This document shows positions 25,601-37,919 of a stretch of 64,000 bases of DNA, in pieces (the stretch's first letter is position 1; each line of letters starts with the position of its first letter). The stretch comes from Mobula hypostoma (lineage: Eukaryota): NCBI RefSeq assembly GCF_963921235.1, contig NC_086100.1, forward strand, positions 203,548,001 through 203,612,000. Reading direction: 5' to 3'. A program made the position numbers and the translations under genes. The notes beneath the pieces were generated by a model that was not told the DNA's origin, did not search any database, and worked only from the letters and a program-made list of their open reading frames with translations.

Positions 25601-26680
25601 TAGACCATTGATGGTGGATGATAGACCATTGGTGTAGGGTGAATGTCCATTGGTGATGCGTGATTGTCAACTGGGGCTGAGTCATACCCCATTGGTACTG
25701 GGTGTTAGACAACTTCTAGTGAATGATTGATAAGCCGTTGCTGTTGGGTGATACACTACTGGGACTGGGTGATGGACCATTGCTTGTGGTTGATAGACTA
25801 ATGGTTGTGGGTGATGGACTATTGTTGGTGGGTGAGAGTCCATAGTGGGCGGGTGATAGACGTTTGGTGATGAAAGCTAGATCATTGGTGGTGGGTGATA
25901 GAGCATTGCTGGTGGGAGATGGACCATCGGTGGTGGGTGATGGACTTTGGTTGGGTGCGGCAAACCATTGGTTGGCTGTGATAGACCGTTGGTTGTGAGT
26001 GGTCGACCATTGGTGGTGGATGATGTGCTATAGCTGGTGGGTGATAGACAATTGGTGGTGGGTGATATATCATTGGTGGTGGGTAACACGTCATAGGTGG
26101 TGAGTGATAGAGCATTGCTCGTGAGTGATAGTAAATTGGTGGGTAGTGATTGATCATTGGTGGTGGCTGACAGACTGATGGTGGCGATAGACCATTGGTG
26201 GCGGGTTGTAGAACACTTGCGGTGCGTGGTAGACCATTGGTGGTGGGTTATGGACGATTGGTGCTTGGGTGATATCCAATTGGTGGGGAGTGATTGGCCA
26301 TTGGTGTTTGAGTGATAGACCATTGTTGATGAGTGATAGACCATTGGTGGTGAGTGATAGACCATTGGTGGTAGGTGATAGAACATTGGTGCTGGGTGAC
26401 AGATCATTGGTAGTGCGTGATAGACAATTGATGGTGAGTCATAGACTGTTGGGGTGGATGATAGACCATTTTTGAGAGTTTATTTGGACCACCAATGATC
26501 TATCACTCACCACTCATGATCTATCACCCACCACCAATGGTCCATCAGCCACCACCGATGGTCTATCACCCACCATCAATGGTCTATCACCCACCATCGA
26601 TGGTCTGTCACACATCATCGATGGTCTATCACCTGCCACCAATCGTCTATGACATGAATGGTCTATCACCATCCACCAAT
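22690..26680. repeat. 21-bp minisatellite (ACCAATGGTCTATCACCCACC) with internal orientation switches
   Basis: Forward about 22690-24665, inverted 24665-24785, forward to about 24995, inverted to about 26470, forward 26490-26680. Confidence 0.93.
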
Positions 26681-26829
26681 TTTCCTGCATTCACTCCCAA
26701 GGGCCCTCATACTTTTCCAATATCCATAACTTCCAGTATTCCTATTGCTCCTCCCGATGCCGTTCCAAACTCACTACACCCACTTTCCTGTCCTTCCCAC
26801 CGTCCTCCGCCACTCCTGCTTCGACTCAC

Positions 26830-26885
26830 CCGGAAACTTGAAGGCTGGGTCTCCACCCTCTCGACTTTGGGCAGCGTAGTTCCCT
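26830..26885 (-). CDS. Putative extra exon 2 inside the thioester domain: EGTTLPKVERVETQPSSFR
   Basis: Pyrimidine tract plus ccag acceptor, CGG|gtgagt donor, 56 bp, phase 1 to 0; restores frame together with extra exon 1. Confidence 0.62.
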
Positions 26886-27384
26886 CTGGACACACGGAGA
26901 ACAGGGGAGAATTAAAGAAGGGTGTAGTCAGTAGGCTGGTTAGCACAGTTGGGTTCGTCCTCATCACAGGCCCAGGCCTTGTCAGGATGGTGCGGCAGGC
27001 TCTGGACTGGCCCTGGTGTTGGGCAAGGACGGTAGGTCATCCACAGGGCCTATGGTAGCCCACTGTCGGAGGCCACAGAGTGCACCCTGTGTGAGTAAGT
27101 ACGGACAGGCCCAAGGCCACGGGCAGTGGGAGGGAGGGCAGCACATCCCCAGGCTTAGATCTGTGTGTTTGGGAGGGTCCAGGCAGGCCTAGGCCATGGG
27201 TTGCGAATAGTGGTAGAGGATCCAGATAGGAAAACTAAAATAAGCTGCATCTACCGTTCTCTCACGTGGCCCAGAGTCATAAGTACCCGAAAGTGCGAGT
27301 ATTTTCCCTTGGGAACGGTAAAACAGGGCAGAGCTGACGACATGAGGAAGAAGGCCCTGCCCGGCGAGGGATCTCGTCACTCAC

Positions 27385-27448
27385 CTGCCTCGATGCTTGA
27401 AGACTCACTCTCCGACCGTTCCTGAGACTTCTTGTAAACCTCATCGGC
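27385..27448 (-). CDS. Putative extra exon 1 inside the thioester domain: ADEVYKKSQERSESESSSIEA
   Basis: atatag acceptor, CAG|gtgagt consensus donor, 64 bp, phase 0 to 1, no stop; no counterpart in human A2M. Confidence 0.6.
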
Positions 27449-28304
27449 CTATATGGGGACCGACGAGAGATGGCAATTGAGGGGTCAACTCCCTATAAGG
27501 GGCTACACCAGCTCCTGCCCACTCCCCATCGTTGTTCGTACAGTTTCTCTCTCTTTGGCATCCTCTGTTTTACCCACCAGTTTTCCCTCTACCCCTCCAC
27601 ATCTCACATTTCCACTCTCCCACTCCTCTTCCCTCCCTCTCCTGTCTCTAATTTCTGGCCGTCTCTCCCATCTCTCCCTTTTCCGACACTCGCTTCTTTC
27701 TTTCCTTTCTCTTCCTTTGTACCTCTCCCTCTCTCATCCATACTTACTGCACCTCCACCTCTCCCGCTCCGCCCTCCCTTTTCCCTCTCCCCTCTCCCGA
27801 TCCCTCTCATCATCTCCCCTCCCTCTCCCCTCTCTACATTCTCCACCTCTCTCTTCTTCTCCTGTCGCTACCCTCTTCCCCCTCTCTCGCCTCCCTCCTC
27901 CCCTCCCCTCCTCTCCCTCCCTCTCCCCCCACCCCCTCTCCAGCCCTATTCATCTCCCTCTCCTTCACACCCCATCCTCACATCTCCCTCACCCTCTCTC
28001 TGTCTCACTCTTTCCTTCTCCATCACCGCTCAATCTCCCTCCCTCCCTCTCCCATTTCCCCTCTCCCTCCTTTCTTACTTCACCTCCCCTCCCTCACCTG
28101 CCCCTTATTTCTCTCTTCCTCCTCCCCTACGCTCCCCCTTCAACTCCCTCCATTTTTGAATTTATTCCATATCCCCCATCCCTCCTCGTCCCACCCGCAC
28201 AACCGCATTCCCATTCCTCCTCTAGTCCAACTCGCCTTCCCTCCGCCTGAGCCAGCCTCTCCCTCACGTGTTTACAGCCTCCGTCCTGCCCCCGGGTTAC
28301 TTAC

Positions 28305-28385
28305 CATGCTCGCCCTCAGCCTTTGTAACTCGACGAGCGCAGCGGTAACGTAGGCCGAAAGAGAGATTGAATCATCGACGCCGCC
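28305..28385 (-). CDS. A2M: A2M-like exon (exon 27 equivalent): GGVDDSISLSAYVTAALVELQRLRASM
   Basis: ctccag acceptor, ATG|gtaagt donor, 81 bp, phase 0 to 0. Confidence 0.92.
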
Positions 28386-28433
28386 CTGGAGGGAGAGAGG
28401 AGAGTCAGATTTGTTAAATCTGCCCCTCCCAAG

Positions 28434-29180
28434 TGTTACAGAAACAACCCAGCAGCAAGAGATTTCACATTGAGTCAGGTTTTAATCTTAAAACCACTAT
28501 TAACTTAACCAGATAAACAAAAGTTAACAGGTTTATCTGTATATATGTGTGTAAATATAACTCCCAAACTATTGAGCTCGGGGTAGTGTAGCTTAAAGTC
28601 TTGAAATGGCAAAGTAGGGAAGTTGATTCATCCGCAGAATAAATGATAGGAGGGAGATATGTGTAATCCAGGGTGAAACGTACAGAAAAGGTAAGTACGA
28701 AGTATTCCACAGATTTCCCGGTGGTAAAACGGGGTAACAGTCGCCGTAGGTCTGGTCAGTCGTGCCGTTCCAAATCCACATACGAATTATCACCGAAAGT
28801 GACCTGTCACAGAGTTATCCTCTTCAAGTGATAGCGACTCAACATACCCAGGCAAGGGTTAACACATAAGTGGATCCACAGGATATCCCGAAAAAATACG
28901 CGTCTTTGCATTATACGAAGTGACAGACACACATTGTTTATCAACTCCGTGCCGATGTTTAACCCAGCCTTGTGGGCAGAAAAGAGTTCCAAGCCAGCTG
29001 TGACAAGCTGAAGCTACCGGTTACTCTCTCTCTCTCTCTCTCTCTCTCTGTCTGTCTCTCTCTCCCTGTGGTTAAGCTCACAGTCAGCAATGTCAGTCTG
29101 AGACTGACGTCATAGTCCCGCTCACTTAGGCGCTGTTAAAGTAACAGTCCACAGTAAACGAGACCTGTGGGTTCGTAACA
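28434..29180. mobile_element. Solo LTR (747 bp), probably Gypsy-type
   Basis: TGTTAC...GTAACA termini; 4-bp target-site duplication CAAG (28430-28433 and 29181-29184). Confidence 0.85.
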
Positions 29181-29289
29181 CAAGGCATTCCGACCCCCAT
29201 CCCACACAGCGTTCCCTCCTCGTCCCTCCCACGGCGTTTCCTTCTCAACCCGCTCCCCCCACAGCACTCCCTCCTCAACACCTTATTTG

Positions 29290-29745
29290 GAAACTTTCGA
29301 GAGGCTGCTAAGAAGATTTACCAGGATACTGTCTGGATTAGAGAGTGTGCAGAGGAGATTTACCAGGATACTGTCTGGATTAGAGAGTGTGCAGAGGAGA
29401 TTTACCAGAACACTGCTCGGTTTAGAGAGGGTGCAGACGAGATTTACCAGAATGCTGTTTGGATTGGAAAACATGTTTTACTGAAATAGGTTCAGCGGGC
29501 TTGAACTTTTCACTTTGAGCGAAGAAGAACGAGAGGTGACTGGATAGCGATGTGCAAGTTGATAAGAGGCGTAGATTGTGTGGACATCCAGAGAATTTCT
29601 CTGACTGGAGGAAGGTAAACGGGTGGGGCTGTCAGGATTAGTTCTCTATGTAGATAGTGGCCGGTGCCTGGAAGGCTTTCTCAGAGATGTTGGTAGAGGA
29701 AGACACAGCGGGGGCATTGAAGAGAATCTCAGATAGAAACATAGC
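29290..29745 (+). mobile_element. CR1-like 3' fragment with four tandem 42-bp units
   Basis: AGATTTACCAG recurs at 29314, 29356, 29398 and 29440. Confidence 0.8.
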
Positions 29746-29746
29746 A

Positions 29747-30028
29747 AGTGTGATGTGTCTGCTGTGTGTGTGCGTGTGTATATGTGTGTGTGTTTGTGAG
29801 TCTCTGTGTGTGTGTCTATGTGTGCATGTGTGAGTGTGTATTTCTGTGTCTGTGTGTCCGTGTCTCTGTGTGTGTGTATGCGCGCGTATGTGTGTGTCTT
29901 TGTGTTTGTGTGTGTTTGTGTGATTGTGTCTGTGTTTCTGTGTTTTTGTGTGAGTATGTGTTTCTGTGTCTGTGTGCGCGTATGTGTGTGTGTCTGTGCC
30001 TGTTTATGTCTGTGTCTGTGTGCGTGTC

Positions 30029-30076
<48 letters not shown>

Positions 30077-30160
30077 CGTGTGTGTTTGTGTGTGTCTGTG
30101 TCTGTGTTTGTGAGTCTGCGTGTGTGTGTCTATGTGTGTATGTGTTTCTGTATTTCTGTG
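29747..30160. repeat. Degenerate (TG)n microsatellite; continues at 35780-36330; other microsatellites at 40295-40530, 47130-47400 and 47540-47625
   Basis: Direct inspection. Confidence 0.92.
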
Positions 30161-30162
30161 CC

Positions 30163-33100
30163 TAGTCATAGTCATAGTCATACTTTATTGATCCCAGAGG
30201 AAATTGGTTTTCGTTACAGTTGCACCACAAATAATAAATAGTAATAAAACCATAAATAGTTAAATAGTAATATGTAAATTATGCCAGTAAATTATGAAAT
30301 AAATCCAGGACCAGCCTATTGGCTCAGGGTGTCTGACCCTCCAAGGGAGGAGTTGTAAAGTTTGATGGCCACAGGCAGGAATGACTTCCTATGACGCTCT
30401 GTGCTGCATCTCGGTGGAATGAGTCTCTGGCTGAATGTACTCCTGTGCCCAACCAGTACATTATGTAGTGGATGGGAGACATTGACCAAGATGGCATGCA
30501 ACTTAGACAGCATCCTCTTTTCAGACACCACCGTGAGAGAGTCCAGTTCCATCCCCACAACATCACTGGCGTTACGAATGAGTTTGTTGATTCTGTTGGT
30601 GTCTGCTACCCTCAGCCTGCTGCCCCAGCACACAACAGCAAACGCGATAGCACTGGCCTGCACAGACTCGTAGAACATCCTCAGCATCGTCTGGCAGATG
30701 TTATAGGACCTCATACTCCACAGAAAATAGAGACGGTTCTGACCCTTCTTGTAGACAGCCTCAGTGTTCTTTGATTAGACCAGTTTATTGTCAATTCATA
30801 TCCCCAGGTATTTGTAATCCTCCACCAGGTTCACACTGACCCCCTGGTTGGAAATGGGTCACCGGTACCTTAGCTCTCCTCAGGCCTACCACCAGCTCCT
30901 TAGTCTTTTTCACATTAAGCTGCAGATAATTCTGCTCACACCATGTGACAAAGTTTCTTGCAACACTCACAACAAACTGGAGGAACTCAGCAGGTCCGGC
31001 AGCATCCGTGGAAAGATCGGTCAACGTTTCGTGCTGGAAACCTTTGTCAGGAGGGGATCTAAGTGTGACCTGACCATAGGCCGGAGCAGCTCCAGAACAA
31101 GTCTCTGCAGGGTCCTCATGATGTGGGAGGTCAAAGCCACCGGTCTGTAGTCATTGCGGCCGCTGGGGCGCGGCGTCTTCGGCACAGGGACGAGGCAGGA
31201 CGTTTTCCACAGTACAGGAACCCTCCGAAGCCTCAGGCTCAGGTTGAATACATGGCGAAGTACTCCACATAGAGGGGCTCAGGCTTTGAGCACCCTGGTA
31301 CTGACACCATCCGGTCCTGCAGCCTTGCTTGGGTTGAGACGTTTCAGCTGTCTTCTCACCTGTTCAGCTGTGAAGCCCTCTGTGGTGGTTTCGTGTGGGG
31401 ACGGGGTATCGTCATGAGAGCAGGATGGGGGACTGTGTGAAGGGGTAGGAGGGGAGAGTGGAAGTGTGTTGATTGGGGGCCGACAACAGATGACTCATGT
31501 GGGGGATGGGCAGGGGCGACATGAGCAGAGCACCCCTGTGGCCATTCCCATCAACAATAAGTATACCGTTTTGGATACTGTTGGTGGGGATGACCTACCA
31601 GGAACAAGTTGCAGTGGTCCTGTCTCTGGCACTGAGGTTGGACCCTCGACTCAGAAGGGGAGGAGGGAAGAGAGGATAGCGGTAGTGATAGGGGATTCTG
31701 TAGTCGGGGGCGGGGGGCAGATAGGAGATTTTGTGGGGGAGATCGGGAGTCTCGGATGGTATGTTGCCTCCCTGGTGCCGGGGTCCGGGACATCTCAAAT
31801 CGGATGCAGGTTATTCTCGAGAGGGAGGGCAAGAGTCCAGATGTTGTGGTCCATGTAGGGACCAACGACGTGGGTAGGAAGAGTGAGGGGGTCCTGCGTA
31901 GTGAGTTCAGGGAGTTAGGTGCGAAGCTGAAGGGCAGGATCTCCAGGGTAACAATCTCAGGATTGCTACCTGTGCCACGTGCGAGTGAGGCGAGGAACGG
32001 AAGAATTATACAGATCAATACGTGGCTGAGAGGATGGTGCAGGAGGGAGGGCTTCAGGTTTTTAGATAATTGGGCTTTGTTCCAGGGAAGGTGGGATCTG
32101 TTCCGATGGGACCGTTTACACCTTAACTGGAGGGGTACTAACATTCTTGCAGGAAAGTTTGCTAGTGCTGCTTGGGGGGGGGGGGGTGGGCGGGGTTTAA
32201 ACTAAAGTATCCAGAATGTGAGAGAGGATAGCGAGATGAAGTATAAAGGACAGGTGGGGACTACACGGTTCCGGAATATTAAGGTGAGGCGGAACGAGTG
32301 ATAAGGAGGATACATGTGCAGAGGGATGGTCTGACGGAGCATGGAGTTAAATGTGCAGAAAGAGTAAGTAAATTTAAGAAGGACAACAAAATTCAAGGGG
32401 CGTATAGCCCGGTGAGAGTTCGAGGAGCTGGGTTATGGACAATAGGTAGCGATTTAAACAAAGAGAGGAGAAATGGGTTAAAAATTCTATATCTGAATGC
32501 GCAACGTGTCAGAAATAAGGCAGATGAGCTTGAAGCTCAGGTGCGAATGGGTAACTATGATGTTGTTGGGATAACGGAGACATGGCTGCAGGGGGATCAG
32601 ACCTGGGAATTGAATGTACAAGGGTATACGTGCTATCGAAGAGACAGAAAGGTGGACAGAGGGGGTGGGGTGGCCCTGTTGGTGAGGAATGAGATTCAGT
32701 CCCTTGCAAGGGGGGGGGGGGGGGACATAGAATCAGGAGAAGTAGAGTCAGTGTGGATAGAACTGAGGAACAGTAAGGGCAAAAAGACCCTAATAGGTGT
32801 TATCTACAGGCCCCCAAACAGTAGCCTGGATATTGGGTGCAAGTTGAATAGGGAGTTAACAATGGCATGTGGCAAAGGAAATGTCGCAGTAGTTATGGGG
32901 GATTTCAACATGCAGGTGAACTGGGAAAATCAGGTTGATACTGGACCCCAAAATAGGGAGTTTGTAGAGTGCCTACGGGATGCATTTTTGGAGCAGCTTG
33001 TACGAGAGCCGGCCAGGGATAAGGCTATTCTGGATTTAGTGTTGTGCAATGAACAGGATTTGATAAGTGATCTTGAAGTAAAGGAGCCATTAGGAGGTAG

Positions 33101-35780
33101 TGACCATAATATGATAAGTTTTTATCTGCAAGTTGAGAGGGATAAGGGCAGATCAGAAGTGTCAGTATTGTAGTTGAACAAAGGAGACTATGGAGCCATA
33201 AGGGAGGAGCTGGCCAAAGTTGACTGGTCGGATAACCTAGCAGAAAAGACAGTGGAACAGCACTGGTAGGTATTCTTGGGAATAATGCACAAGGTGCAAA
33301 ATCAGTTCATCCCCCAGAGAAGGAAGGATTCAAAGGGGGGAAAGTGGCCACAGTGGTTGACAGAGGAAGTCAGAGATAGCATAGCATTAAAAAAGAAGTA
33401 TAACAGAGCTAAGGTGAGTGGGAAGACGGATGATTGGGAAATTTTTAAGGAGCAACAGAACTTAACTAAAAAGGCAATACGGGGAGTAAAAATGAGGTAT
33501 GAACGCAAGCTAGCTAGGAATATAAAGGAGGATAGCAAAAGTTTTTTTAGGTATGTGAAGAGAAGGAAGATAGTTAAGAACAATGTTGGGCCCTTGAAGA
33601 ATGAATTGGGAGAAATTGTTATGGGAAACAGAGAAATGGCAGACGAATTTAATAAGTACATTGGATCTGTCTTCACTAGGAAAGACACAAGCAATCTCCT
33701 AGATGTATGGATGGGCTAAGGACATAGGGTAACAGAGGAACTGAAACAGATTGACATTAGGAAGGAAACGGTGATGAGTAGACTGATGGGACTGAAGGCT
33801 AATAAATCCCCAGGTCCAGATGGTCTGCATCCTAGGGTACTAAAGGAGGTGGCTCTGGAAATTGTGGATGCATTGGTGATCATTTTCCAATGTTCCTTAG
33901 ATTCAGGATCAGTTCCTGAGGATTGGCGAATGGCTAATGTTATCCCATTTTTTAAGAAAGGAGGGAAGGAGAAAACAGAGAACTATCGCCCTGTTAGCCT
34001 AACATCAGTAGTGGGGAAGATGCTAGAGTCCATTATTAAAGATGAAATAGCAGCATATCTTGATAGCAGTGATAGGATTGGGCCGAGCCAGCATGGATTT
34101 ACCAAGGGCAAATCATGCTTGACTAATCTATTGGAGCTTTTCGAGGATGTAACCAGGAAGATAGACGCGGGAGATCCAGTGGATGTGGTGTACCTTGACT
34201 TTCAGAAGGCATTTGATAAGGTACCACATAGGAGATTGGTGGGTAAAATCAGAGCTCATGGCATTAGGGGGAGGATATTGACATGGATAGAAAACTGGTT
34301 GGCAGATAGAAAGCAAAGGGTAGCAATGATTGGATGTTTCTCGGAATGGCAGGTGGTGACTAGTGGGGTGCCATAGGGCTCGGTATTGGGACCACAGCTG
34401 TTTACGATTTACGTCAATGATTTAGAGGAAGGCATTGTGAATAACATCAGCAAGTTTGCTGATGATACTAAGCTGGGTGGCAGTGTGACATGTGATGAGG
34501 ATGTTAGGAGAATTCAAGGTGACTTGGATAGGCTGGGTGAGTGGGCAGAAACTTGGCAGTTGGCGTTTAATGTGAATAAGTGTGAGGTTATTCACTTTGG
34601 GAGCAAGAACAGGAAGGCAGATTATTATCTGAACGGTGTGGAGTTAGGTAAGGGAGAAATACAAACAGATCTAGGAGTACTTGTTCATCAGTCTCTGAAG
34701 GTGCATGAGCAAGTGCAGCAGGCAGTGAAGAAGGCTAATGGAATGTTGGCCTTTATTACAAAGGGAATTGAGTACAAGAGCAAGGAAATCCTTTTGCATT
34801 TGTACAGGGCCCTGGTGAGACCACACCTGGAGTATTGTATGCAGTTTTGGTCTCCAGGGTTAAGGAAGGACATCCTGGCTGTGGAGGAGGTGCAGCGTAG
34901 GTTCACTAGGTTAATTCCTGGGATGTCCAGACTGTCTTACGCAGAGAGGTTAGAGAGACTGGGCTTGTACACGCTGGAATTAAGGAGATTGAGGGGGGAT
35001 CTTATTGAGACATATAAGATTATTATGGGATTGGACAAGATAGAGGCAGGAAATATGTTCCAGATGCTGGGAGGGTCCAGTACCAGAGGGCATGGTTTAA
35101 GAATAAGGGGTAGGTCATTTAGGACAGAGTTGAGGAGGAGCTTCTTCTCCCAGAGAGTTGTGGAGGTGTGGAACGCGCTGCCTCAGAAGGCAGTGGAGGC
35201 CAATTCTCTGAATGCTTTCAAGAAGGAACTAGATAGGTATCTTATGGATAGGAGAATCAAGGGTTATGGGGACAAGGCAGAAACCGGGTATTGATAGTAG
35301 ATGATCAGCCATGATCTCAGAATGGCGGTGCAGGCTCGAAGGGCCGTATGGTCTACTTCTGCACCTATTGTCTATTGTCGATTGTCTATTGACAATGTCA
35401 AATCTGTTAAAGAACAGGTTAAGTTCGTTGGCCCTGTCCACACTGCCTTCAGCTCCTCTGTTGCTAGTTTGCCGGAACCCAGTGATGGTCCTCATCCCAC
35501 TCCAGACCTCTCTCATGTTGTTCTGCTAGAGTTTCCACTCAAGCTTCCTCCTGTACCTGTCTTTAGCCTCCCTGATCCTGGCTTTCAGGTCCCTCTGTAT
35601 TGCCCTCAGCACCTCCCTATTTCCATCTCTAAACGCCCTCTTTTTAGCGTTCAGGATGTCCTTACTCTACATGACTTGTTACTTGAATAACAAAGGACAG
35701 TTCTTGTCGGAACATTGCAGTCCACACAGAAGTTGATGTAATCAGTGATGCACTCTGTGAGCCCATCAATATCCTCTCCA
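30163..35780 (-). mobile_element. Rex1/Babar-like LINE split by a CR1 insertion (pieces 30163-31521 and 35391-35780), with the RT core deleted
   Basis: EVWSGMRTITGF...ANELNLFFNRFD, LQLNVKKTKEL, TERHRKSFLPVAIKLYN; AATAAAG(TATGAC)n tail. Confidence 0.85.
31522..35390 (+). mobile_element. CR1-like LINE with partial ORF1 (SGNH esterase) and near-complete ORF2 (32298-35294, several in-frame stops)
   Basis: VIGDS, HVGTND, LHLN; LYLNA, GITETW, GSDHN, DFQKAFDKVPH, KFADDTK; (ctattgt)n tail; GACA on both flanks. Confidence 0.93.
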
Positions 35781-36190
35781 TGTGTCTGTGTGTCCGTGTC
35801 TGTGTGTGTGTCTATGTGCGCGTATGTGTGTGACTTTGTGTTCGTGTGTGTTTGTGTGATTGTGTCTGTGTTTCTGTGTATTTGTGTGACTGTGTGTTTC
35901 TGTGTCTGTGTGTGTGCGCGTATGTGTGTGTGTCTGTATGTCTGTCTGTGTCTGTGTTTGTGTGTGTCTGTGTCAGTGTGCGTGTATGTGTGTGTGCGTG
36001 TCTGTTTGCGTGTATGTTACTGTGTCTCTCTGTGTGTGTTTGTGTGTGTTTCTGATTCTATGTGTATGTGTGCGCTAATGTGTGTGTATCTGTGTGTCTG
36101 TGGGTGTGTGTGTGTCTGTCTCTCTTTAAGTGTGTCTGTGTGTGTGGTGTGCGTGTGTGTCTATGTCGGTGCGTGTGTATGTCTGTGTGT

Positions 36191-36232
<42 letters not shown>

Positions 36233-36264
36233 TGTTCGTGTGTGTCTATGTCAGTGCGTGTGTG

Positions 36265-36303
<39 letters not shown>

Positions 36304-37919
36304 CTGTGTGTATGTATGTGCCTGTATCTATATGAGATACTGTGAGAGACAAGATTAATTATTCAGCTTCACCGCCCGGGTGGGGAGCGGAATGCAGGAG
36401 GATCATTTTTAAATACCCAGCATGTCTGCCCTAGAGGGAGTGTGTTACCAGGAGAGAAAAGGTTAATTACTCAGTTGCCCGATCTGAAAAGGGAGAGGGA
36501 CCTGGACTCTGTGTGTGCGTGTATATGTGTGTGTGTCCGTCTGCACAACAGACATGTTCGGGGAGCACTTAAATGGTGTAACGCCCTGGGAAACGTTTTA
36601 CTGCTAACATAATGGTCTTTCTGTAGAAGCTGTGTTTGGGTTATGGTTAGAGATAACGGGTGCTTTGGAATGGCAGCTGGATCCTCTGTTCTGCGGGAGA
36701 TGAATCTGGAAGATGCTTAAGAAAACCGGTGTCTGCTGGGGAAACCAAAGTTCCCTAAACCTGTTATCTTTGCCTTTCATTCGGAAAACACATAAAAGCC
36801 TTGTACTTTCAGCATTCAATTTTGAAAGCTTGCCGCTTACCTCTGCAAGAAAAAAGCCCGTCCCAATCTACACTTATCAGATCCTTTCTGATATCATCAA
36901 AATTGACGTTTACCCCATTTAGAATCTCAACCTATGGACCAGAGCTATCTTTTTGCATATTTACTGTGAACCTAATGTCAATGTGGTCACTAGATGCAAC
37001 GTGTTCCCCTACTTGACTTTCAAAGATATTGAGGTCCGAGTTAAGTCAAAAGGAGGTTCGTAGCAGATATAGGCAGGTAGGAACAAATGAGTTGTTAATG
37101 GAGTACAGGAAATGCAAGAGAAAGCCTAACAAAGAAATTGGGAGGCTAAAAGAAGGCATGAGGTTTCGCCAGCAGACAAGGTGAAGGAGAATTCTAAGGG
37201 ATTCTACAGATGTGTTAAGAAATAAAGGTCCTCTGGTGGGTCAAAATTATAATCTATGTGTGGAGCAAACATAGGAGGGTCTTAAATTAATGTTTTGTAG
37301 GTGCATTTTCTCCGGAGAGGAACACAGGGTCTATAGAAGTCCACTTTCCTCTCTTCCATCGGAGGGGCAGCAGGTTCAAGTCGCTGCCCTCAGAGGGGCC
37401 GCTGGTTACAGACGATTTCCTCGGAGTGGCCGCCGGGTCGTCGCTGTTTTCGGAGGGGAGGCAGGTTCACGTTGTTTCTCTCATAGTCCCGATGCACTTC
37501 GTGATGTTATTGAAATTCTGAAACTTATGGACTGGACTGTAGTTAATATTGGCCTCTTGCAGTTCTTGCCCTTTTTTTTTAGTTGCTGATTGGCAGGGTG
37601 GGTTATTGGCTGACCTGTTAGCATTGTTTTGTGCGAGGGAAGGGTTGGGGTGCTTGGACATTGCAAGTTGTTTTTTTTTCATTTTGCGCGGGGGAATTGA
37701 TGTCTTTCTTTCATCTACTTCGAGGACTTTCTGTTCTTTGTGGCTATCTGGAGAAGACAAATGTCAGTGTTGTATTCTGCATAAATACCTCGATAATGAA
37801 TAATGATTGGAACTGTTTAAAAAAGGCTCTAAACCATATCCACGAAATTATAGGCTGGTGGAAACGTTATTTGAAAGTTTAAAAAAGGATCTTATGCTTT
37901 CCCAGCGTATACGACAAAT

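Noticed and set aside
29766..30241. Cys/Val-rich and His/Thr-rich ORFs (also 35745-36358, 40197-40546, 47083-47634)
   Set aside because: (TG)n, (CA)n and (GA)n microsatellite translations
36577..36750. TGTAAC-starting LTR-like sequence (and an LTR-like end at about 4915-5093)
   Set aside because: No matching second terminus or target-site duplication found
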